Shown here piece after piece: positions 39,485 through 49,555 of a stretch of DNA of 58,645 nt. Source of the stretch: a virus (Duplodnaviria > Caudoviricetes). Below the pieces are notes generated by a model. The model was not told the DNA's origin and ran no database searches. It saw only the letters and a program-made list of their open reading frames with translations. The stretch is from positions 1-58,645 of the IMG/VR virus record IMGVR_UViG_3300012895_000001; one strand, 5' to 3'. The position numbers and the translations under genes are program-made. Position 1 is the stretch's first letter, and each line of letters begins with the position of its first letter.

Positions 39485-42471
39485 TTCCCGGCGGCGACAT
39501 CGCTCCGTTCCGCGCCAAGTTTCCTGAATACGGAATCTGCCGAAACCCGTCGCATGGTCGGCTCGGTCTGGTCCGCAAGGTTTTCAAAAACACCACGTCC
39601 ATCCCCAAGGTGCTGGGCGACGGCACGCCCGACGGTTACACCGTTGACGGAACCGGCCGCTCCGCGATTGAAGCCTTGCTCGGCAACGAAGAAGTGACGT
39701 GTCCCGACACTTCGGTTTGCAGTTCCAAGCCCGCCGGCACCGGAGTAGATTACGACGGCACGAATTACGGCGTGGATAACCTCATCGGCCCTTGGCTCAC
39801 GCTCACGCCGGTCAACACCTTCGCCGATGCTGAAACCACCATTGACCTCGCCGTTTGCAACATGGTCGGTCGGCAATCCGTTTTCGGGCATCGTCAATGG
39901 CATGGCGCTTGGGGCTTTCTCAATGATGATGCCAACTGCCCGGACAGCGCCGGTTGCGATGTCGGCTTTGTCCGTCAAAACTGGCGAAGCTGGCATCCGA
40001 CCCCGGCCACCACCAAGTATTGCACCGGCACCTTCGATTCACGCATGGCGGAAACGGCCGAGTTCGTTGACAACTTTTACGACGCCACCGCCGCCATGCG
40101 CGGCCTTGGTTATCTCACCTACACCTATGACCGGCAAAACACTTACACGGCGGAGATTGATCCGCATAGCGGCTGCATCACCCTCACCGGCATCACCAGC
40201 ACGTTGACGGATAACTACCACTACGCCGGGCCGGTGGCCTTGAAGGGCGTCGTCGCTGGCGTGGACGTGTGGTTGCCCAGCGGCGTGCCGATTGCTGGCA
40301 GTCCGTTTCCTCCGGCGGGCGATGTTTATACCGAGTCCGGCGTTGACCTTGGCGACGTGACCGCGTTCTCGACCTGGCTCGAAACTCACGGCATTCAAGT
40401 GGCCACTTACGGGAATTTCAGCACTTCCATCGTTATGGGCGACTGGCTGGCGGCGCTGACGGCGTGCGGCGGACAGTTCAGCGCGCCGATCTCCGGTTAC
40501 GACAGCATTGGCGGTTCATGGAACGCATACAAAGAGTTCACCAACCAAGGCGTGATGGACGCGGCCGCGATGAAAGATTTTCTGGAGAATGAATGCTTGC
40601 CGTTCATTGGGAATTATCCAGGCTCTACGGCCACAACGTCGCTGACGGACACGGAATTGTCCGTGTCCATCGCCGTGCCGGTGATTGACCTTGGGCCTGG
40701 TGGCGGTCCTGATTCCAGCGGGACGCTCACCATCACCGCACTCTCTTTCAGCCTCACTCTGGACGATGCCAACACGTCCGCCGCCGTCATCGAGGATGCT
40801 GAAGATCTCATGGCCCCGTGGGACTTCAAAGACCATGTTTTGTTTCCATTCACGAACGACGAATGGCGCGGCATCGCCGTCCTAGTCTCGCGCAACGAGG
40901 TGCGAATGAATGTCAGCCTGCCGCTTTACCAGACTGACCCCGACAGCTACGTTGACCCGAACATCGCGCTGCTCACCTTCGATGATGGTGTGAATCCTGG
41001 CGACATTCTCGGTCTGCCGAACCCAGCCACCGAGGAAAATCCCAGCGCGGATAACACCGTCCCCGGAACCACGATTGATTACCCGGAAGATTATTTCGAC
41101 CCGCGTTACATCAACATGAAAGGGTGCTGCCCGGAACAGCCCGACCCGACACCATCGAGCGCATGGTTCGTGCAAAGTTACGGCGGTTGGCGTTCGGATG
41201 CCGGTTCCGATTTGCCACCCCGTGCGACCCAATGGACGAATGTTTATCAAGCCTTCGCTCTGTCGCACGGGCGCATCCGGCGCTACGGTCGGCTCACGGA
41301 TGTTTATTCCGACGTGAACCCGGATGCTTCCTTGTGGGTTTCAAAATGGGCTGAGAGCGTCATCCGGTTGCCCAGCTACGACCATGCTCGGACTTATGGC
41401 GCGGACCGATTGCTGGAAACGCCCACCGGCACCTGCGACGGAGATTCGCCGCCGGATGGAACGTGGACGCCGGATGGCCTACGCTTCCCAAGCTGCCCGC
41501 CCTTCGGCGGCCGTCTCGCCATTTCATCCATCGTTGACAACATGGACGGCACCTGCACCGTCACCCATGATGCGACCACCGTGCTGATTGATGACGCCGT
41601 GCCGAGCCTGCAACTCTTTCCCGTGAACCTCTGCGACCTCGGCATGACCATGCTCGCCGGCAACCTCACCGTCACCACGCTTTCGCTCACGCAGTTCACC
41701 GTCACGGCGTCATTCGCCACCGTCAGCGCCGCCCGCTGGGTGACACTCTACGGCGCAATGCCAGGCGACCCGCCGCAGACTGGCGTGGCCTCATGGTATT
41801 GGGCCGACCGGCGCGGCAAGGGGCAATTCGTGCTGTTGGAATGGTCGCTTAATCCACGACCCAACGGTGAATATGCTCGGCTCGATGGCGTTCTGGATTG
41901 TGATGGCGTGCAAGTTGACCGTCCGTCCGCCGCCTGGCCGCCCGGCGGACCGTTCACCACCGTTGACAGCGGCTACGATTATTTTTCCGCCTTGGACAAG
42001 AACAAGGGATTTTTGAGCTGCACCCCTTGGAAAATCGTCCTGTCGCCGAATGAAACCGACACGCCACCAGAAGGCGCGGGCGTCCGATATGATTTTGAGC
42101 ACACGTCCGACTTGGACGAAGCCTACGGCTCCCAGCAATGGCTCATTGCGAGTCAGGCGATGGAAAATCCGTTGTTCATCCCGCTGCCAAGTGACGACCA
42201 GCAGGCGTGCGATGGCAGCGAACCGCCGACGTGCATTTACGATTTCGTGGAAGCCCGCGCCATCCTGCCGCACGCCAACAGTGATACTCTGCCGCCCGAC
42301 AACGGAGCCGGAGATGCGCAAGACGAGGACCCGCCCGCGCCGCCGATTGATTACACCATCCTCGACCCGACCGTTGACACCGCCGGACTCACGCCGCCCG
42401 AACCCGGCGAAGCCAGCGACGTTCCGGTGGCGACCCTGATCCCCTCCGGCGTATTTGAACCCTGCGCATGA
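39481..42471 (+). CDS. large acidic Asp/Pro/Thr/Cys-rich tail protein
   Basis: 996 aa ORF in the tail module. Confidence 0.65.
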   Translation: MIPGGDIAPFRAKFPEYGICRNPSHGRLGLVRKVFKNTTSIPKVLGDGTPDGYTVDGTGRSAIEALLGNEEVTCPDTSVCSSKPAGTGVDYDGTNYGVDNLIGPWLTLTPVNTFADAETTIDLAVCNMVGRQSVFGHRQWHGAWGFLNDDANCPDSAGCDVGFVRQNWRSWHPTPATTKYCTGTFDSRMAETAEFVDNFYDATAAMRGLGYLTYTYDRQNTYTAEIDPHSGCITLTGITSTLTDNYHYAGPVALKGVVAGVDVWLPSGVPIAGSPFPPAGDVYTESGVDLGDVTAFSTWLETHGIQVATYGNFSTSIVMGDWLAALTACGGQFSAPISGYDSIGGSWNAYKEFTNQGVMDAAAMKDFLENECLPFIGNYPGSTATTSLTDTELSVSIAVPVIDLGPGGGPDSSGTLTITALSFSLTLDDANTSAAVIEDAEDLMAPWDFKDHVLFPFTNDEWRGIAVLVSRNEVRMNVSLPLYQTDPDSYVDPNIALLTFDDGVNPGDILGLPNPATEENPSADNTVPGTTIDYPEDYFDPRYINMKGCCPEQPDPTPSSAWFVQSYGGWRSDAGSDLPPRATQWTNVYQAFALSHGRIRRYGRLTDVYSDVNPDASLWVSKWAESVIRLPSYDHARTYGADRLLETPTGTCDGDSPPDGTWTPDGLRFPSCPPFGGRLAISSIVDNMDGTCTVTHDATTVLIDDAVPSLQLFPVNLCDLGMTMLAGNLTVTTLSLTQFTVTASFATVSAARWVTLYGAMPGDPPQTGVASWYWADRRGKGQFVLLEWSLNPRPNGEYARLDGVLDCDGVQVDRPSAAWPPGGPFTTVDSGYDYFSALDKNKGFLSCTPWKIVLSPNETDTPPEGAGVRYDFEHTSDLDEAYGSQQWLIASQAMENPLFIPLPSDDQQACDGSEPPTCIYDFVEARAILPHANSDTLPPDNGAGDAQDEDPPAPPIDYTILDPTVDTAGLTPPEPGEASDVPVATLIPSGVFEPCA

Positions 42472-42722
42472 TCCTTGGACAGAAAAAACCGGCACCCGGA
42501 ACCAAACGAACTGCCAAGCCCGCCGTCCATCGGGACTGGCCGCCCGGACTCCTGCCCCTGAAACTGCTCGCCAATCCCGGCGACCGTGGCCTTGGCGACA
42601 TCGTGGAACGTCAGCTTGGCATGGTCGGCACTGCCTTCAAGACCGCCTACGCTGCGCTGCTCAAACAACCCTGCGTTTGCTCCAACCGCCAGAAATGGTT
42701 GAATACGCGATACCCGCTTTGA
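42468..42722 (+). CDS. small phage protein
   Basis: RGLGDIV...C.C..RQKWLN..YP. Confidence 0.55.
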   Translation: MILGQKKPAPGTKRTAKPAVHRDWPPGLLPLKLLANPGDRGLGDIVERQLGMVGTAFKTAYAALLKQPCVCSNRQKWLNTRYPL

Positions 42723-42737
42723 CTTTACCGCCTTGGC

Positions 42738-44441
42738 GTGAAGCCAATCTTCTCGTTACTCCGCCATGTTGCCGTCCAACCCTTCACGGCGGCGCGAGCC
42801 ACCGCCTTCCGGTTGCGCGCCGCCACCCTTTTGCTGGTTTCAGCTTTTCAGCTTTTCAGCTTTTCAGCTTTGGCCGACACCGCTTTGTCCACCAACAACG
42901 TCGTTTTCACCTTCGCCTCGTTCGGCCTGCCCGCCGACCGCGTGACCAGCCTGACCGTTCAGGCGCAGCAATGGCCGTTGCCCGCCGGCAACTTCTACTC
43001 GCGCGACCCCATCACCCGCAGCCGGTCGAATTATCCGCAGATCACGAACGGCAGCGTCCGTCTGACCAACCTCGTCTGCGGCGTGCCCTACAAAGTCACC
43101 TTCGCCACCACATGGGATACTTACACCACCAACATCTTCATCCCCACCACGCCCGCGCCCGTCCAGACCAACCTTGATGGCTCCGTCAACGCCGGCTTTT
43201 ACCAGGGCATCTTTGTGCAAGGGCCAAATCCATTTTTTGCCTTCTCGTCATTGTCGGGATTCCTGATCGCCACGAATTACATCAACCTGACCAATTCGCA
43301 GAATATCACCAACATCACCGTCCAGACGAACACCTTCATCGCCGGGACGGAACTCGTGGCCGGCAGCAACGTCACGTTAAGCACAAATGGCAACACCATC
43401 ACCATCAGTTCAACTGGCGGAGCCGGCGGCAGCGCGACCAACGCCATCGGGACCATAACCCCGACCGCCGGCTTGGCCGTGGCACTTTCAACCAACGGTT
43501 CCGGCTCAATCACCGCCACCCTGTCGCTCACCGGCATCACCAACGCCATCCTGACGAACTGTTCGCCCACGTTGAGCTACATCGCAAACCAGACCGCCTA
43601 CATCGGCACCAACATGAGCGCGACCAATCTGGTTGGCACGCTGCCCATGTCCGTCCTCCCGCCGATTGTGAATACGAACAACGCCAGCCAGCTTTCGAGC
43701 GGCACACTCCCCGACGCCCGGCTCTCGACCAATGTAGTAGTCAATGGAGGCACTTGGTATGCCGGAACCATAAGAACTCGCGCCTCAACGAATCACACCG
43801 GCATTGATTTTCAATTTGGCGATGCCGGAAACGACGCTGGTGGCGATGCCAGCCTTAGCACCGGAGAAAGTTTATTGGGTGCCTTGGGCAGTTTTCTGAC
43901 ATTCGGTTCGGCACATTTGAACGTCGGCGGCACGGCTCAAATTTCTGGCGGAAATGATTCCATTCAAAACGGCCCCGCAGTGATGACTATTGGCGGTGGC
44001 AATGGCGTTGCTGCTGCTGGTTCATTATTGTTGGAAGGCGGCGCGTCGGATTTTGGCGGTCAAGGCGCTTCTATAAACATTCAAGGCGGCAGCAACACCG
44101 TTGACGGGAAAATTGTTTTTACCGGAAAAATGAACGGCAACGCCATCGAACTGACCAACACGATTCCGTGGACGCTGCTGACTTCGACGAACACGCCGAT
44201 GGTGTTCAATGGCACGATTCAATCCTTCACCGTCACGAATGTCGCCCTCGTGCTGACCAACCTCACGGGCGCAAATGGCTCGTTGAGCTTCAGGATTCGT
44301 CCGGTGGCCCCGATTCCGGTCACCCTGCCCACGGTCAAATGGCTGGCCGGGAGCAACAGCGTGATGACCAACGGCATCTTATCGCTCACCAGCTACGGCG
44401 GCACGAATGACATCGTGGCCGCGATGAAGGAGGGGCAGTGA
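42738..44441 (+). CDS. signal-peptide-bearing fibre-like protein, Thr/Asn/Gly-rich
   Basis: Hydrophobic N-terminus ending SALA; LVAGSNVTLSTNGNTITIS and NASQLSSGTLPDARLS fibre motifs. Confidence 0.7.
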   Translation: MKPIFSLLRHVAVQPFTAARATAFRLRAATLLLVSAFQLFSFSALADTALSTNNVVFTFASFGLPADRVTSLTVQAQQWPLPAGNFYSRDPITRSRSNYPQITNGSVRLTNLVCGVPYKVTFATTWDTYTTNIFIPTTPAPVQTNLDGSVNAGFYQGIFVQGPNPFFAFSSLSGFLIATNYINLTNSQNITNITVQTNTFIAGTELVAGSNVTLSTNGNTITISSTGGAGGSATNAIGTITPTAGLAVALSTNGSGSITATLSLTGITNAILTNCSPTLSYIANQTAYIGTNMSATNLVGTLPMSVLPPIVNTNNASQLSSGTLPDARLSTNVVVNGGTWYAGTIRTRASTNHTGIDFQFGDAGNDAGGDASLSTGESLLGALGSFLTFGSAHLNVGGTAQISGGNDSIQNGPAVMTIGGGNGVAAAGSLLLEGGASDFGGQGASINIQGGSNTVDGKIVFTGKMNGNAIELTNTIPWTLLTSTNTPMVFNGTIQSFTVTNVALVLTNLTGANGSLSFRIRPVAPIPVTLPTVKWLAGSNSVMTNGILSLTSYGGTNDIVAAMKEGQ

Positions 44442-46174
44442 AGAAATATTTTCTCTGCTTTCTGCTTTCTGCTTTCTGCTTTGGCGCATCGGCGCAGAGC
44501 ATTTTGACTGCCGAAGGATTGTCAATTTTTGGCTCATCGGCTTCGGTTGGACCGGTTAATCCTACAAATTATTATTACTTCACGAACTATGCGGGCGGTT
44601 CAACCATCGCCAATGTCTCAAATCTGGTTTTCACGCTGACTAACACGCCGACCTATCAGCCGACACCGCCAACTCCTTATTCGCCTTTCGTGCTGGCTAA
44701 TGAAAGTTTCCAGAGCGGACTTGGCAGTTTGAAGGTGACGGCCGCCGGGACGGGAACCCTGACCGCAAGCGGCGGAACGTTGAGCTATATCATTTCCAGT
44801 CCAACTACGCTCATCCTGTCGGAAACAAATAATTTCTTCATCACTCCGCAATGTGTCGTTGGGCTTTCAGTAACGGCACTGACCAATGCCACTTGCGCTT
44901 TTGGGCTGATGACTGCGGATGGACAAAACGGGATTATTTGTTCGTTCCCGGATTTTACCACTGGCGATGGCCTGCGCTTATCGAGTGCCAATGGTGCCAG
45001 CTTCGCCACTCATGTTCCGTTTCTTCCAGTTACCAATCATCAAGCGTTTTCGGTCGCGTTGGAGATGCTACACAATATCGTCAATGTATGGACAAACAGC
45101 GGCACGGGATGGGGAATTGCCGGCTCGGTAAGTTCGGATTACCAAGGGCCATACGACCTTCGCAATTCAACCAATCTCGCTGCATGGAGTCCAGCCTTTT
45201 ACGTTTACAACACGAGCGGTGCGGGAAGCATTTACCTGACTAATTTTAATGCGACCTATTTCAATGGCCCCGGCGGAACAAGGGAGGTTTCGCTGGTTCA
45301 CAATCTTGATTTGACTTCAATGCCGACGAACTCCAATGGGCGTTATATGTTGGGACTTGACCGTTCCACTGTTCCGGGAACGATTGGAAAACAAGACCCG
45401 TCAACCAGTTTTCAAATCCACGAATATGACCCGGCCACGCGGACGCTTTACCCAGCAATCGTGAACATCGGTGGGATATTCAGCAACACGCCGTCCGCAC
45501 TTGCAGAGGCGGCGGTGGTTCACGACGATGCCATTCATGGCTATCATATTTTCAGCGACAACTTCACTACACTCGATTTCGGCAACACTGGCGTCAGGAT
45601 TTGGTATGGCTTCGTGCCAGACGCAGGCTTCACAAACACGTTCAACGTAACGCTCGCCCCAGTCGCAGTTGTCGCTGATGGGATTGGTGTTGATATGTAT
45701 GGGCCGGATGTCATTTACGTTGACCCCTACTGGTATATGACCATGACGGAATGGACTGGTTCAAACTGGCGGACACGTTTGGTCAAAGGAAGTTCGCCAA
45801 CCAATTTCAACACGCAAATTGCAACTGACATTACGATTGATTCAGAAGGTGTGAATTTTTACCGGCTGGGGACGAACATTCAGATTGCCGCCGGGTCGTT
45901 TGTCATCAGCAATAGCGTCCGGGGATATACAGAGTTGTTCGACACGGCGAATCTAACAGCGTTAAATCCAATCGGCTTTCTCAATGTGTCCAATCTGAAC
46001 ACCACCACGGCAGAACCGCAGCAACCAGCGATTGCGGTGTTTCCTGACAGTCATGGGAATCTTCAAATTCAATACATCGGCTTTCAGGACAATGACTATC
46101 AGGGGAAATATCAAGCCAGTGGAAATTTCATAATCGAAGGAACCGAATGGCATCAAGTCCATGTTCAACAATGA
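44438..46174 (+). CDS. signal-peptide beta-rich protein (lectin-like plus glycosidase beta-propeller-like)
   Basis: MKKYFLCFLLSAFCFGASA signal; YGPDVIY...WYM and EG.NFY repeats. Confidence 0.65.
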   Translation: MKKYFLCFLLSAFCFGASAQSILTAEGLSIFGSSASVGPVNPTNYYYFTNYAGGSTIANVSNLVFTLTNTPTYQPTPPTPYSPFVLANESFQSGLGSLKVTAAGTGTLTASGGTLSYIISSPTTLILSETNNFFITPQCVVGLSVTALTNATCAFGLMTADGQNGIICSFPDFTTGDGLRLSSANGASFATHVPFLPVTNHQAFSVALEMLHNIVNVWTNSGTGWGIAGSVSSDYQGPYDLRNSTNLAAWSPAFYVYNTSGAGSIYLTNFNATYFNGPGGTREVSLVHNLDLTSMPTNSNGRYMLGLDRSTVPGTIGKQDPSTSFQIHEYDPATRTLYPAIVNIGGIFSNTPSALAEAAVVHDDAIHGYHIFSDNFTTLDFGNTGVRIWYGFVPDAGFTNTFNVTLAPVAVVADGIGVDMYGPDVIYVDPYWYMTMTEWTGSNWRTRLVKGSSPTNFNTQIATDITIDSEGVNFYRLGTNIQIAAGSFVISNSVRGYTELFDTANLTALNPIGFLNVSNLNTTTAEPQQPAIAVFPDSHGNLQIQYIGFQDNDYQGKYQASGNFIIEGTEWHQVHVQQ

Positions 46175-46620
46175 AATTCATCCCCTACATCCTGCTGCTC
46201 GCGTTGTGCGGGTGCGTGGCACCAAGGCAAAACGCTGAAACGCTGAAACCTGAAACGCTGACATCAGCAATGCCCGACCTTGATCCGCGTCATGCGCCAC
46301 AGGCGCAAGTCAGTCGTCAGTTGTCAGTCGTCAGTAGCGGGAACCAGCAAGGCGCGGATACGCAGGCCGTGGTTCTGCCGCCGCCCGCGCCCGTCCCGCC
46401 ATCATTCCATTTCTCTGACGGCTTTCTGGACAACGTGTGGTGCCTGCAATCCAGCACCAACCTGATTTCATGGGTCAACGTCGAACCCAACCCGCAAGCT
46501 CCGCAATTTCCGGTCTGGCATTGGGGTTACGGCGACGGCTTGGGCAACGTGCAAACCAACCTGCCGCCGAACACCGGCGAAGCTCTGGTCGTTTATCGCT
46601 GGAAGGGAATGCCGTGGTAA
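46171..46620 (+). CDS. lipoprotein with LQSSTNL..W C-terminal motif
   Basis: LLALCGC lipobox. Confidence 0.65.
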   Translation: MKFIPYILLLALCGCVAPRQNAETLKPETLTSAMPDLDPRHAPQAQVSRQLSVVSSGNQQGADTQAVVLPPPAPVPPSFHFSDGFLDNVWCLQSSTNLISWVNVEPNPQAPQFPVWHWGYGDGLGNVQTNLPPNTGEALVVYRWKGMPW

Positions 46621-46919
46621 ATCTCACCCGTCAATCCCTGAACCGCATGGTGCGCTCCGGCAACCGCATCAGCCGGATGAAATTGGCCGAATGCCTGCGG
46701 CTGCTCGGCGTGCCGCGCATCAGCCACGGCGTCGTCATTGGCAACGGCGTCAACCAGTCGCGCCTCTGGGATTTATGCGAGCAGGCCAAGCAGCTTTACC
46801 TCGCCGGCGTCAAGCGCATCCGCACCGACTTCGCGGAGAACCACGAGGCCGCCGTCGTCTGGAACGCCCTCTGGGCGCAGGCAAAGAAACTGTTTAACCG
46901 TCGCGGGATTGAAATTTGA
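46614..46919 (+). CDS. hypothetical protein
   Basis: GTG start overlapping the previous gene. Confidence 0.45.
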   Translation: MVNLTRQSLNRMVRSGNRISRMKLAECLRLLGVPRISHGVVIGNGVNQSRLWDLCEQAKQLYLAGVKRIRTDFAENHEAAVVWNALWAQAKKLFNRRGIEI

Positions 46920-46923
46920 ATTT

Positions 46924-47442
46924 ATGAACGACCAAGCAAAAATCATATTCGGCGGGCTTCTGGGGTTGATGTTCTTCGTCATCTCCGTTCTCGGCCAATC
47001 CACCGCCGCGTTGCCCGTCACGCCACTGCCCGGCAGCAGCGATCCGAACGTCATCACGGCCATGTTCTATCAGGTCTTGAACAATCCGGCGTCTTTGTCG
47101 GTCATCGGCTTTCTCTGCATTATCGCCTGGCTCGTGGATGACCTGCCGTTCGTCAATTCGCGCTATGTTGCGCATCTCACAGTGATTGCCGGCGGCGCGA
47201 TTTATTGGATGTTTGCCACCCCGGCGAGCGTTCCAAGCTCCTATCCATATCCAATGGCCGTCTTGGTGGTCAACGGGACAATCTGCGGATTTTTCGCGTT
47301 CATCGCCCATCGTCAAGTTGTGGCGCGCTGCATCAACTTCGTGCGGCTGCGGTCCGACGCAGACGGCAGCGACCGGCCAACCATGCTCAAGCCGCCCACC
47401 GATGACGCCCGCGTATTCAACAAGCCACCGGGCGGGATTTAA
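46924..47442 (+). CDS. multi-pass membrane protein, holin candidate
   Basis: About 4 hydrophobic segments, located after the tail genes. Confidence 0.55.
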   Translation: MNDQAKIIFGGLLGLMFFVISVLGQSTAALPVTPLPGSSDPNVITAMFYQVLNNPASLSVIGFLCIIAWLVDDLPFVNSRYVAHLTVIAGGAIYWMFATPASVPSSYPYPMAVLVVNGTICGFFAFIAHRQVVARCINFVRLRSDADGSDRPTMLKPPTDDARVFNKPPGGI

Positions 47443-47527
47443 CGCAAAGACGCGGAGGCGCAAAGCCGCAACGATTCCCAACTACTGACCACTGACCACT
47501 GACCACCGGCTTGACTCCACGCGGTTT

Positions 47528-47908
47528 ATGGCAACTCAACTGATTATGAAATTTACCCATCACGCATCACGCATCACGCATCTCCTCCTGCTCCTTTGCG
47601 CCCTTGCGTTTCTGTCTATGACCTTCACCGGCTGCAACACCACGCAGCAGACCATCGCCTACAAATCGCTCTACTCGGTCGAGCGCGTCACCACGGCCGC
47701 CTTTGACGGCTATCTGGATTCCGTCATTGCCGGTCAGACCAGCACGAACTCCCTGCCACGGGTCGGGTCGGCCTACAACAAATTCCATGCGTCCTTTCTC
47801 GTCGCGCTGGATGCCGTGCAGTTCAACACCAACGCGCTCGCCCCGGCCTCGCTGGTCGTGGAGTCGCAGGATGTCCTCAACCTCATCGTCGAAGTGAAAG
47901 GCAGATAA
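47528..47908 (+). CDS. lipoprotein (spanin-like candidate)
   Basis: Hydrophobic signal with FTGC lipobox. Confidence 0.6.
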   Translation: MATQLIMKFTHHASRITHLLLLLCALAFLSMTFTGCNTTQQTIAYKSLYSVERVTTAAFDGYLDSVIAGQTSTNSLPRVGSAYNKFHASFLVALDAVQFNTNALAPASLVVESQDVLNLIVEVKGR

Positions 47909-47909
47909 C

Positions 47910-48149
47910 ATGGAAAAGAAAAATATGTGGGACATCCTGATCCCGATCATCGCCAACGAAGGCTTGCTCGTGGCGGAAGCTTTATTTCAAAAATGGACGA
48001 ACGGCCAACCGCCGACGCAGGCGAACTTCGACGAACTGCGCGCGCTGGGCAACCAACGCGCCATTGACCGCCTCAAAGCGCGGCTCGCGGCCAAGGGCAT
48101 ACCGCTGGATTCCGAACAGGCCAAGCTGCTGATTGGTTTGGTTGGGTGA
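47910..48149 (+). CDS. hypothetical protein
   Basis: Adjacent to the lipoprotein gene. Confidence 0.55.
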   Translation: MEKKNMWDILIPIIANEGLLVAEALFQKWTNGQPPTQANFDELRALGNQRAIDRLKARLAAKGIPLDSEQAKLLIGLVG

Positions 48150-48329
48150 TTCGTGTCCATTGGTGTTCATTCGTGGTTAAAAGTTTTTGAAACGATTTTC
48201 TTGTGGCGCAAGCTGCAAGACGCGGGACAACGGGCAAAATCAAATCAATCCGCCGATGCCTGTCATTGGCCAGAACTAAATATAGTCCGTTCGTCCCGCA
48301 AAATTTGCGGTGAGCCACCGCTGGCAAAC

Positions 48330-48530
48330 ATGCTCAAGCATATTCCAAATCCCGGCAGTGCGGCGGCGCAAAAAGCCGGCTGCACCTGCGCCGTTCTCGA
48401 CAACCGCCACGGGCGCGGTCTGGGGCGCGGCAAGTTTTACATCAGCGCCGATTGTCCGTTGCATGACAATCCGAAACCACGCAAGCGGGCTTCCCGACTA
48501 TCAACTCCCCGACTATCCGCTATCAACTGA
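48330..48530 (+). CDS. small Cys-rich phage protein
   Basis: PNPGS..A...GCTC.VLDN.HGRG...DCPLH. Confidence 0.6.
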   Translation: MLKHIPNPGSAAAQKAGCTCAVLDNRHGRGLGRGKFYISADCPLHDNPKPRKRASRLSTPRLSAIN

Positions 48531-48535
48531 TTCCC

Positions 48536-49090
48536 ATGCGCCACGGCTTCCAAAATACGACCGGCCTGCGCAACACGTCCTTTGACGGCGGCAACGTCAT
48601 CGCCATAGACCGGCTGTATTTCGCGGATCGCCTCGGCAATTATTACCGCACCGCACCCTATTTGCACACGGATGGCGGCAGCGTTCCGCCCCTTGGCGTC
48701 ATCGGCGGCGTGGTTGTGTTCGTCGCCCACTGGCTCTGCCATTTTTCAAGCTGGTTCAATCTGCTCGCCGTGCTTGGCCTCGTCATCTGCGTGGCCGGCC
48801 TTTACCTGATGTCCTATGCCGAATGGTGGTGGAGCTACATCCTCCACGACGCCGCCTACCAGGACAACCTTGAACGCTGGAACGATGTCAAAAAAATCTG
48901 GGTGAAATGCACCCTGACCCAGCACGAATCCAACAACCTGATTTGGGATGCCATGAGCACGCAAAAGGCGTTGTTCTGGGAATACTGCGTGGTCTGGGTC
49001 GCGCTTGAACTCTGCGGCTGGCGGGCCTTTGACGAGGACCGCAAACGCGCGGCAACCAAGTGGTCCGGCAACGTGCCGGTGCGCAAATGA
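48536..49090 (+). CDS. DUF1353-like membrane protein
   Basis: TDGGSVP...ILHDAAY. Confidence 0.65.
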   Translation: MRHGFQNTTGLRNTSFDGGNVIAIDRLYFADRLGNYYRTAPYLHTDGGSVPPLGVIGGVVVFVAHWLCHFSSWFNLLAVLGLVICVAGLYLMSYAEWWWSYILHDAAYQDNLERWNDVKKIWVKCTLTQHESNNLIWDAMSTQKALFWEYCVVWVALELCGWRAFDEDRKRAATKWSGNVPVRK

Positions 49091-49252
49091 CTGCCATCGC
49101 CCACAACGCCCAATACCTACCCTCGCAAGGCACGGTCGCGCAGGCGCAGGCCAAGCATACCGGGCATCATCTGTTCGTCGCGTTCAACCCGGTCGAACAA
49201 TGGGTGCTTCCAATCCGAAAATCACGCATCACGCATCACGCATCATCCGCCC

Positions 49253-49555
49253 ATGTCGCCAAACGAATCCGAAAAGCCGGCGCAACCAATCATGGCTAAA
49301 ACCGATTCATGTCCGGCGTGCGGCATGGACTGGACCGCCCATGCGGGCATCGCCGTCACTTGCGCGGTATCGCAGAAAGCAATGGCGGAGCTTGCCCAAG
49401 CCAACACCGAAAACGCTGAATTACGCCGGCAGTTGCGCGACCGGAACCATCTGCTGCTCGCCGCCAAGCTCGCCTGGCTGCCGGACGATGCCGAAGATTT
49501 CAGCGACGACGCCTTTGCCGTGGAGATTATGAAAAAGTTCAAAACCAAAACCTAA
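49253..49555 (+). CDS. hypothetical protein
   Basis: CPACG..W..H.G...TC; coupled to the next gene. Confidence 0.55.
   Translation: MSPNESEKPAQPIMAKTDSCPACGMDWTAHAGIAVTCAVSQKAMAELAQANTENAELRRQLRDRNHLLLAAKLAWLPDDAEDFSDDAFAVEIMKKFKTKT

Noticed and set aside
24304-48325. 17-bp duplicate GGTGAGCCACCGCTGGC at 24304 and 48309
   Set aside because: Only two copies with no interpretable context; no function can be supported.
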